Both the position numbers and the translations under genes were made by a program. From NCBI GenBank assembly GCA_020845935.1, contig JADLEV010000052.1, positions 1-61,878 of the forward strand: a DNA stretch of 61,878 nt, read 5' to 3'. Shown in pieces: positions 9,369-17,152 of the stretch. The DNA is from Gammaproteobacteria bacterium. Lineage in GTDB: Bacteria > Pseudomonadota > Gammaproteobacteria > Ga0077536. The first letter of the stretch is position 1, and each line of letters begins with the position of its first letter. Under the pieces are notes generated by a model that worked only from the letters and a program-made list of their open reading frames with translations, made no database searches and was not told where the DNA came from.

Positions 9369-11315
9369 ATGAGATACGCGGACACTGGATTCGATCTGGA
9401 AATCGACTTGACGCGCGGTAGCATCGAAAAGGTGCCGAACGATCCGCGCGATACCGAACTGTTCCTCGGCGGGCAGGGCATCGCCGCCAAGATCCTCTTC
9501 GAGCGCGTGCCGCCGGAGACCGATCCCTTTTCCGAGGACAACCTGCTGATCTTCAGCGCCGGTCTGCTGCACGGCACGCCGGCGCCGGCGGCGAACCGCA
9601 CCGCGGTGAACACGCTGTCGCCGCAGACTGGTCTGATGTCGCACTCGCTGTTCGGCGGCTTCTTCGGGCCGGAGCTGAAATACGCCGGTTACGATCGCAT
9701 CATCATCCGCGGCAGGTCGCCGACGCTGGTGTACCTTTACATCCACAACGACACGGTCGAAATCCGCGATGCCGCCCATCTGCATGGCATGGGCTGCACC
9801 GAGACCGGCGATGTGCTGAAGGCGGAGCTGCATGATCAAGGCTTCCAGGTCGCGGCAATTGGCCTCGCCGGTGAAAACCGGGTGTTCATGGCCTCGATCG
9901 ATCACAACTACGCCAGCGCCGCGCGCGGTGTCGGCGTGATCATGGGCGACAAGAGACTGAAGGCGATCGCGGTGCGCGGCACCAAGGATGTCAACATCGC
10001 CAAGGCCGCCGAGCTGTTCCCGATCACGCACGAGATCCATCAGAAGATGGCGAAGAGCGACGGCTGCGGCGACTGGATGGCGGTCGACGAGGACGACAGC
10101 TTCCATCACAACCACTTCGCCTGGGGCAACGCGCGCACGCGGCGCAAGGATTTCTGGAGCGACGAGTTACAGGAGCGCTGGACCCGGCTCAAGTACGACC
10201 ACATGGATCGGCAGACGGGCTGCTACAACTGCCCGAAGAAATGCCGCAACGTGATCAGCTGGCCCGGCAAGCGCCGCTTCGGCTACAAGTGCTTCGGCAA
10301 GGACACTTATCACATGGCGGCGTTCCTGGAACTCGATTTCAGCTACGAGATCCTGGGCGACGCGCAGGAGTACGGTGTCGATTCATACTCGACGCCGCAG
10401 GTGATGGCGTTCGCGCTGGAGCTGCTCGAGGACGGCATCCTGAGCCGGGACGATTTCCCCGGCATGCCGGACGACAAGCGCGGCCAGTTCTTCTGGCTGC
10501 TGGAGAAGATCGTCCGCCGCGAAGGCATCGGCGACATCCTCGCCGATGGCGTCTCCGCCGCGGCCAAACGCATCGGCAAGGGCGCCGAGAAATACGATCA
10601 CAACACCACCAAGAAGTTCGAACAGTTGCCGATCAAGCTCGGCAAGCTGAACCCGGCCTACTTCCTGATGATCGCGACCGGCGAGAAGATGAGCATCACC
10701 CAGATCGAAGGCTCGTTCCCGCAGGACCCGCTGCCGACCAAGGAGCAGCGCGAGGAGTTCGTTGCGAAGTGGGAGGCGGTGCCGGACGAGAAGTTCAAGC
10801 AGTACTTCCTCGAATGGGAGAAGCGCAACGAGATCGCCGACGAGCGGACCTGCGAGATCGTCGACTGGAACGAGGCGATGCACTACATCGATGACGCCAT
10901 CGGCACCTGCGGTTTCGTCTCCTCGTTCCGCGGCCAGTTCGGCGGCAGCGTGCCTTACCACATGAACAACCTGCCGCAGATCATCTCGCTCGCGAGCGGC
11001 ATGGAAGTCACCAAGGAAAGTCTCTGGAAGAACTTTCAGCGCATCCGCACGCTGGTGCGCGCGGTCAACGTCCGCCGCGGCCTGCGCCGCGAGCACGAGC
11101 GGCCGCCGGAAGATCACTGGGCGGTGCGCGACGAGCAGTACGAGCAGGCGCTGCTCAGCATGTATTACAAGTTCAAGGGCTGGAACGAAGAAGGCATCCC
11201 GACGCGCGACACGCTGGAGCGCCTCGACCTCGGTTGGGTCGCGGACGATCTCGAAGCGCGGGGCATTCTGGAACCAGCCAGCACCGTGACCGCCCGCACG
11301 GGCACCGCGGGTTAA
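9369..11315 (+). CDS. Tungsten/molybdopterin aldehyde:ferredoxin oxidoreductase (AOR) family protein, ~648 aa; BamB-like
   Basis: AOR-family N-terminus MRYADTGFDLEIDLTRGSIEKV...FLGGQGIAAKIL. AOR-type cluster motif GCYNCPKKC. It is longer than classical ~600-aa AORs. Followed by its own ferredoxin gene. Confidence 0.8.
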   Translation: MRYADTGFDLEIDLTRGSIEKVPNDPRDTELFLGGQGIAAKILFERVPPETDPFSEDNLLIFSAGLLHGTPAPAANRTAVNTLSPQTGLMSHSLFGGFFGPELKYAGYDRIIIRGRSPTLVYLYIHNDTVEIRDAAHLHGMGCTETGDVLKAELHDQGFQVAAIGLAGENRVFMASIDHNYASAARGVGVIMGDKRLKAIAVRGTKDVNIAKAAELFPITHEIHQKMAKSDGCGDWMAVDEDDSFHHNHFAWGNARTRRKDFWSDELQERWTRLKYDHMDRQTGCYNCPKKCRNVISWPGKRRFGYKCFGKDTYHMAAFLELDFSYEILGDAQEYGVDSYSTPQVMAFALELLEDGILSRDDFPGMPDDKRGQFFWLLEKIVRREGIGDILADGVSAAAKRIGKGAEKYDHNTTKKFEQLPIKLGKLNPAYFLMIATGEKMSITQIEGSFPQDPLPTKEQREEFVAKWEAVPDEKFKQYFLEWEKRNEIADERTCEIVDWNEAMHYIDDAIGTCGFVSSFRGQFGGSVPYHMNNLPQIISLASGMEVTKESLWKNFQRIRTLVRAVNVRRGLRREHERPPEDHWAVRDEQYEQALLSMYYKFKGWNEEGIPTRDTLERLDLGWVADDLEARGILEPASTVTARTGTAG

Positions 11316-11332
11316 CACGAGAGGCAGCAGAA

Positions 11333-11875
11333 ATGGCGACCAAGACAGCAACCAAACTCGTCAAGGAAATCCGGGTAGACATCAGCAAGTGCACCGGCTG
11401 CCGCGCCTGCGAGATGGCGTGCTCGGCGTACCATGCCAAGCCGCGCTACAGCAGCATCAACCCGGCGCGCTCGCGCATCCGCGTCGTCAGCAGCGAACAC
11501 AATGATGAATACGTGCCGATCCGCTCGACCGACTACACGCCGTCGGAATGCAACGGCCGGCGCACCTACGTCATCGAGGGCAAGGAATACAGCGATTGCA
11601 GCTTCTGCGGCTCCCCCTGCCCGTCACGCGATCTGTTCTTCGAACCGGACTCAGGCTTGCCGCTGAAGTGCGACATGTGCGAGAGCATCCCGGAGATCAT
11701 TCCGATGTGCGTGCAGGCCTGCGGCGAAAGCGCGCTCACCTACCACAAGTACGATGTCATGGTCGACGCCAAGGACCAGGAGCGCCGCGGCGGCATCGAG
11801 ATCGGCCTCGAGAATCTCGTCAACCAGTATGGCGTCGACGCGATCCTCGAAGGCCTGAAGCGGATGCAGAAGTAG
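11333..11875 (+). CDS. Poly-[4Fe-4S] ferredoxin subunit partnered with the AOR-family protein; BamC-like
   Basis: CTGCRACEMACS, CSFCGSPCP and CDMCE...CVQACG cysteine clusters. ~180 aa. Starts 17 nt after the AOR stop. Confidence 0.7.
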   Translation: MATKTATKLVKEIRVDISKCTGCRACEMACSAYHAKPRYSSINPARSRIRVVSSEHNDEYVPIRSTDYTPSECNGRRTYVIEGKEYSDCSFCGSPCPSRDLFFEPDSGLPLKCDMCESIPEIIPMCVQACGESALTYHKYDVMVDAKDQERRGGIEIGLENLVNQYGVDAILEGLKRMQK

Positions 11876-12184
11876 CCGCGCAGATTACGACGCCAGATAA
11901 GTCCAGGAGGGACGTGTTCAGAGCGCGTTTGGTGTCGCTCGTTTGTTACATTCCGGACGGGGATTTGCAGTGAGGATGCGCCTGCCGAACTGCTATCGCG
12001 ACGCGGCCAGGGATCATGTGATGGAATTTCTCGGCAGCACGGGCGGATGCGATCAATAGGCCAATGGCACTTCACCGTTCCGGTAGGTCGCACCTCCGCT
12101 TCGGCCAGAAACGTGCACCGCTACCGGTCTCCCCTCTTCAGGAACAAGGTGAAGGAACCGGTGCTGAAGAACCGCGAGCTGAAC

Positions 12185-12201
12185 GGGGCAAGGACTGCCC
12201 C
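12185..12201 (-). terminator. Stem-loop just downstream of the ptsI stop (weak terminator candidate)
   Basis: GGGGCA-aggac-TGCCCC, a 6-bp GC stem 10 nt after the stop. No U-tract, so it may be only a stabilising hairpin. Confidence 0.25.
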
Positions 12202-12211
12202 AAAGGCCGCG

Positions 12212-13963
12212 CTACTCCGCGGCAACGGCCAGACCGGTGTTGATCTCGCGCAGCAGGGTCCGTTGCTCATGCTGGCTGCCGGCGGCAAGGAATGATTCCG
12301 CCAGCGGCTCGATGAGCTGCAGCTCGGTGGTGTTGATGATGTGCTTGATTGCCAGCAGGTTGCGCGGGTGGACACTGAATTCGCGCAGGCCCAGCGCCAG
12401 CAGCAGCCGCGTGTAGCGTGCATCACCAGCCATCTCGCCGCACATCGCGACCGGTTTGCCGGCGCGACGGCCGGCGGCCAGGGTCATCGCGATCAGGCGC
12501 AGCACGGCCGGATGCAACGGGTCGTACAGATAGCTGACCCCTTCATTGACGCGATCGATCGCCAGTGTGTACTGGATCAGATCGTTGGTGCCGAGCGACA
12601 CGAAATCGAGCTGCGCGGCGAAGGCATCGGCGCACAGCGCGGCAGCCGGCACCTCGACCATGCCACCGATCGGCATGGTTGCGTCGAAGGCGATGCCCAG
12701 CCGCCGGAATTGGTCACGGATGTCATCGATCAGCGCCAGCACCTGCGCCAGCTCATCCAGATTCGACAGCATCGGGATCATCAGTCGTGTGTTGCCGAAT
12801 GCCGAGGCGCGGATGATCGCCCGCAACTGCGGCAGGAACAGCCCGGGCTCGCGCAGGCACAGCCGCACCGCGCGCAGGCCGAGCGCCGGATTCGCTTCGC
12901 CCTGCTGCGTCTGGCCGGGCAGCGCCTTCTCGCCGCCGACGTCCAGCGTGCGCATCGTGACCGGCATGCCTTGCATGTCCTTGATCAGGTCGCGATAAGT
13001 CGTGAACAACTCCTCCTCGCCGGGGCGATCGGCACGGTTCAGGAACAGGTATTCGGTGCGATACAGGCCGATGCCTTCGGCGCCGACATCGCGCGCCAGC
13101 ACGAAGTCGAGCGGCAGTTCGACATTCGCGCGCAGCGTCACGTCGCACCGATCGATCGTCCGCGCCGGCTGCGCCCGCAGCGCATCCAGTTGGCGCAGAC
13201 AGACGCTGCGTTCGTCCTGCCGGCGGCGGTAGTGCGCGAGTACGCGCTCATCGGGGTCGACGATGACGACACCAGCGCCGCCATCAACGATGATCAGTTC
13301 ATCCTCGCCGATCAGCTGCCGGCCGCCATGCAGGCCGACGATTCCCGGAATGCCGAGGCTGCGCGCCAGGATCGCGGTATGCGAGGTCGGGCCACCGTAT
13401 TGGATGGCGAACGCGGCGATGCCGTGATGTTGCATCAACACGGTGTCGGCCGGGCTCAGATCATCGGCGAGCAAGATGTAGCCGCGCAGCCGGCTGTCGG
13501 GCTGCTCATGCCGCATCGGGCCGTGATTCAGCAGGATCCGCTGCACCCGATTGACCACGTGTTCGACGTCGTCCTTGCGTGTGCGCAGGTAGGCATCGTC
13601 CATCTCGTCGAACACCGCGACCAGTGCATCGCGTTGCAGCTTCAGCGCCCACTCGGCGTTGCAGCGGCGTTCGCGGATGATGCGAACCGGCTCGCTGGTC
13701 AGCGTCACATCCTCCAGCATCAGCAGATGGGTGTCGATGAACGCGGCGATGCCCGGCGCCGCCGCCCGCGGAATGTGATCGCGCACGGCGCGAAGCTGTA
13801 GCCGCGCCAGCGCCAGAGCGTCCTGGAAGCGCCGGATCTCGGCTTCGATCCCGGCCGCCGCAATGGCGTACTCGGGGATCTCGAACTGACTGCGCTCGAC
13901 CAGGTGGACGCGGCCGATGGCGATGCCATCGGAGACGCCGGCACCGTGGATGGCGATGGTCAC
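12212..13963 (-). CDS. ptsI: Phosphoenolpyruvate-protein phosphotransferase (PTS enzyme I)
   Basis: GGPTSHTAILARSLGIP active-site His motif and a PEP-utilising C-terminal domain. The GTG start overlaps the HPr stop (GTGA). The upstream part of the 870-aa track ORF is not coding. Confidence 0.85.
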   Translation of the reverse strand: MTIAIHGAGVSDGIAIGRVHLVERSQFEIPEYAIAAAGIEAEIRRFQDALALARLQLRAVRDHIPRAAAPGIAAFIDTHLLMLEDVTLTSEPVRIIRERRCNAEWALKLQRDALVAVFDEMDDAYLRTRKDDVEHVVNRVQRILLNHGPMRHEQPDSRLRGYILLADDLSPADTVLMQHHGIAAFAIQYGGPTSHTAILARSLGIPGIVGLHGGRQLIGEDELIIVDGGAGVVIVDPDERVLAHYRRRQDERSVCLRQLDALRAQPARTIDRCDVTLRANVELPLDFVLARDVGAEGIGLYRTEYLFLNRADRPGEEELFTTYRDLIKDMQGMPVTMRTLDVGGEKALPGQTQQGEANPALGLRAVRLCLREPGLFLPQLRAIIRASAFGNTRLMIPMLSNLDELAQVLALIDDIRDQFRRLGIAFDATMPIGGMVEVPAAALCADAFAAQLDFVSLGTNDLIQYTLAIDRVNEGVSYLYDPLHPAVLRLIAMTLAAGRRAGKPVAMCGEMAGDARYTRLLLALGLREFSVHPRNLLAIKHIINTTELQLIEPLAESFLAAGSQHEQRTLLREINTGLAVAAE

Positions 13964-14229
13964 TCCGGTTCTCCGAACTTGCCGTTGATCAGATCGGTCA
14001 AGGCGATGATGGCGTTTTCCTCGTCGGGACCATCGGCACGGATCGTGACCGCGCTGCCCCGCGCGGCGGCGAGCATCATCACGCCCATGATGCTCTTGGC
14101 GTTGACCTGCTTGCCGTCCCGCGCCACGGTAATCTCGCTGGTGAAGCCGGCCGAGGTCTGCACCAGCTTCGCCGCGGCGCGCGCGTGCAGGCCCAGTTTG
14201 TTGATGATGCCAATCGTTCGTTCGATCAT
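13960..14229 (-). CDS. ptsH: HPr/NPr phosphocarrier protein
   Basis: MIERTIGIINKLGLHARAAAKLV (His15 context) and NAKSIMGVMML (Ser46 context). 89 aa from internal ATG 14229. Confidence 0.85.
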   Translation of the reverse strand: MIERTIGIINKLGLHARAAAKLVQTSAGFTSEITVARDGKQVNAKSIMGVMMLAAARGSAVTIRADGPDEENAIIALTDLINGKFGEPE

Positions 14230-14379
14230 GATGCCGGTGATTATTGCAAAACCCCGGTGCTTGCCCAAGGTCGTTGGAAGGTAAGCACTCTTGTGCTCGA
14301 TGCGGCGGAGCCCGGTCCGGGCACGTACCGGCCCCGGTGATTCCGAACAGGTCCAGGAGGGACTTATGCGAAGAACAAT

Positions 14380-15261
14380 CTAAAGATCCCGATGCCGCAA
14401 CATGCAGTCGAGGCCCTGCTCCCGCAGCATGGCGGCGACCGCTTCGGCGACATACACCGAGCGGTGTCGGCCACCGGTGCAGCCGAAGGCGATGGTCAGG
14501 TAACTGCGATCGCGCTGGGCGAACCGCGGGATCCAGTCGCGCAGGAATCGGCTGACCGTAGCGATCAATTCCTCGACTTCGGGCGAGTGCGCCAGGAAAT
14601 CGCAGACCGGCGCATCGCGCCCGGTCAGGGGCCGCAGCGCGGGATCCCAGTACGGATTCGGCAGGCAGCGCGCGTCGAATACCAGATCGGCGTCCCGCGG
14701 CAGGCCTTTCTTGTAACCGAACGACAGGATCTGGATCACCATGCTGCCGGGTCGATGCCCGGCGACGCGCACGCCGATCAGCTCGCGCAACTGGTGCACA
14801 TGCAGGTTCGAGGTGTCGATGCACAGATCGGCGCAGGCCTTGATCGGTTCGAGGACCTGCACCTCGCGATCGATGGCCAGCGGCAGCGGGGTGCCGCCGT
14901 CGGACAAGGGATGCCGGCGCCGCGTTTCGCTGAACCGCTGGATCAGCGTCTCGCGCGCTGCCTCGATGAAAATAAGTTCCGGCATCAGCGGCAAATGCCG
15001 CAGTTGCTCCAGCAACGTCGGCAACTCGGTCAGTGCCGCGACCGGGCTGCGCGCGTCGATGCCGATGGCGACCTCGCGATAGTGCGGCAGATCGCTGAAT
15101 GCGATCTCGCGGGCAAAAGTCAGCAACAGGTTGACCGGGAGATTGTCGACGCAGAAGAAGCCGCCATCCTCGAGCGCGTGCAGCACGGTCGACTTGCCGG
15201 CGCCGGACACGCCCGAGACGATGATCAACCGCCGCGTGGCGGGGTTGGCCGGATCAGGCAT
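14380..15261 (-). CDS. rapZ: RNase adapter protein RapZ (YhbJ)
   Basis: LIIVSGVSGAGKSTVLHALEDGGFFCVDNLP Walker A and C-terminal GCTGGRHRSV motif. Overlaps the hprK stop by 8 nt. Confidence 0.9.
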   Translation of the reverse strand: MPDPANPATRRLIIVSGVSGAGKSTVLHALEDGGFFCVDNLPVNLLLTFAREIAFSDLPHYREVAIGIDARSPVAALTELPTLLEQLRHLPLMPELIFIEAARETLIQRFSETRRRHPLSDGGTPLPLAIDREVQVLEPIKACADLCIDTSNLHVHQLRELIGVRVAGHRPGSMVIQILSFGYKKGLPRDADLVFDARCLPNPYWDPALRPLTGRDAPVCDFLAHSPEVEELIATVSRFLRDWIPRFAQRDRSYLTIAFGCTGGRHRSVYVAEAVAAMLREQGLDCMLRHRDL

Positions 15262-16273
15262 CGCAAGGCTCCCTGGCCGAGGCATCGATCAGCCGCTGCT
15301 GGCGTTCGGCGAAATCCTGCGCGGCGCGATAACCGCCCAGCTTGAGGATGTGGTTGCGCGCGGCGCATTCGACCAGTACCGCGAGGTTGCGCCCCGGCGC
15401 CACCGGCAGCGTGATCTCCGGGATCTGGACATCGAGGATCTCGCGATCCCGGTAGCTGCCTTCGAATCGATTCAGTTGCTCCATGTTGGCCGGAGTCGCC
15501 GGTTCGAGCCGGATGATCAGGCGCAGGTACTTGTTCTTCTTGATTGCGCCGTCGCCGAACAACTGGCGGACATTGAGGATGCCGATACCGCGGACCTCGA
15601 GGAAATCCTGCAAGGCCTCCGGACAGGCGCCGTTGACGATTTCCGGCGCGATGCGGAAAAACTGTGGCGCGTCGTCGGCAATCAGCCGATGACCACGAGT
15701 GATGAGTTCCAATGCCAGTTCGCTCTTGCCGACCCCGGCCGGACCGGTCAACAGCACGCCAATGGTCGCGACTTCCAGGTAGACACCATGCAGCGTCACG
15801 ATCTCGGCGAAATGACCGGTCAGAAAGTGATGGAGCAGATCGGTCAAGCGATTGCTTGACAGCGGCGACACGAACAGGGGCTGCGCGGCCTGATCGCATA
15901 AATCCATGAGTGGTTCCGGAACCGGCTGGCCATCGCCGACGATGACACAGCACGGTTGCTGCGCCAGCAGTTGCTCGAGCGCATCACGCCGCGAAATGCT
16001 GCGCAGGGCACCGAGGTAACGAAGTTCCGACGGGCCGAGGATCTGGACCTGATTGGGATGGATCAGATTCAAATGACCAACCAGAGATTTCTCGGCACCG
16101 CCGCTGTCGCGGCGTTGCCGCTCACCGGCAAGCGCCGCTTCGCTTGCTGCGAGCCAGCGATCCTCATCCACCAGCGCCGTGGCGACAATCTTTCGCGTAC
16201 CGCCGGACAGCCCCGCGACCCATTCCAGCCGCAAACGCTCGCGCTGTGTTTCGAACAATTGCGAGACCTGCAC
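15254..16273 (-). CDS. hprK: HPr kinase/phosphorylase
   Basis: GVLLTGPAGVGKSELALELITRGHRLIADD P-loop region typical of HprK/P. Full-length (~339 aa). Confidence 0.85.
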   Translation of the reverse strand: MQVSQLFETQRERLRLEWVAGLSGGTRKIVATALVDEDRWLAASEAALAGERQRRDSGGAEKSLVGHLNLIHPNQVQILGPSELRYLGALRSISRRDALEQLLAQQPCCVIVGDGQPVPEPLMDLCDQAAQPLFVSPLSSNRLTDLLHHFLTGHFAEIVTLHGVYLEVATIGVLLTGPAGVGKSELALELITRGHRLIADDAPQFFRIAPEIVNGACPEALQDFLEVRGIGILNVRQLFGDGAIKKNKYLRLIIRLEPATPANMEQLNRFEGSYRDREILDVQIPEITLPVAPGRNLAVLVECAARNHILKLGGYRAAQDFAERQQRLIDASAREPCDA

Positions 16274-16292
16274 TGCCGTTGCTCCGGTGCCG

Positions 16293-16757
16293 TCAGCGGT
16301 TGCCCGGGCCGGCGCCGGTCAGCACCCGGTAGGCCGTGGCCGCATCCGGTGCCCGGCGCAGCTCGCGGCGGACCGATTCCTGCGCGAGCACGGTGGCGAT
16401 CTCCGCCAGCAGCGTGAGATGTTCCGTCGGCGCGGCCGCCGACACCGACAGGCCGACGAAGATATCGACCGGCTGGTTGTCGCTGGCGTCGTAGTCGAGC
16501 GGGGCGCGGGTGATGATGCAGGCACCGAGCGCCTCGCGCTGCGCGGCGCTGCGGCCATGGGGGATGGCGATGCCATGACCGAGGCCGGTGCTGCCGAGCC
16601 GCTCGCGGGCCAGGAAGCTCGCGAGGAGCTCGCCGCGATCGAGCGCGGCGTCGGCGCTGGCGATCAGATCGGCGAGATGGTTCAGGACGGCGGGCTTGTC
16701 GCGCAGGTCGGCCGCGACGGTAACCCGCGCAGGAGCAAGCAGTCGGGCGAGGCTCAT
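16293..16757 (-). CDS. ptsN: PTS IIA-Ntr (nitrogen regulatory IIA)
   Basis: GLGHGIAIPHGR phosphorylation-site motif. Position between hpf and hprK. Confidence 0.85.
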   Translation of the reverse strand: MSLARLLAPARVTVAADLRDKPAVLNHLADLIASADAALDRGELLASFLARERLGSTGLGHGIAIPHGRSAAQREALGACIITRAPLDYDASDNQPVDIFVGLSVSAAAPTEHLTLLAEIATVLAQESVRRELRRAPDAATAYRVLTGAGPGNR

Positions 16758-16806
16758 GGCTGCGCGGGCCGCCGGTGCCGCTAGCGGCTTGGCACGGCGC
16801 GCGGTG

Positions 16807-17124
16807 TCATTGCGCCTTGAGGCCGCCTTCGCGGCGGTGATGGTCGGTCAGCTTCTCCTTGTAGCGCTTGACCTGGCGGTCCAGCTTGTCGGCAACCTCG
16901 TCGATGGCCGCGTACATGTCCTGGTGCCCAGCCACCGCGTGCAGCGTCGTGCCGGAGACCTGAATGGTCGTTTCGGCCTTGTTGCCTTGCTTCTCGAGCG
17001 TCAGCACGACGTGCGCATCGACCACGTGATCGAAATGCCGGATGACGCGGTTCAGCTTGTTCTCGACATAGCTCCGCAGCGCGGGCGTGATCTCGAGATG
17101 GTGACCGGTGATATTGATCTGCAT
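16807..17124 (-). CDS. hpf: Ribosome hibernation promoting factor
   Basis: MQINITGHHLEITPALRSYVENKL is a typical HPF/YhbH N-terminus. Internal ATG 17124 chosen. Confidence 0.85.
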   Translation of the reverse strand: MQINITGHHLEITPALRSYVENKLNRVIRHFDHVVDAHVVLTLEKQGNKAETTIQVSGTTLHAVAGHQDMYAAIDEVADKLDRQVKRYKEKLTDHHRREGGLKAQ

Positions 17125-17152
17125 GTACGTCTCCTCGTTGAAAATGAACTTG

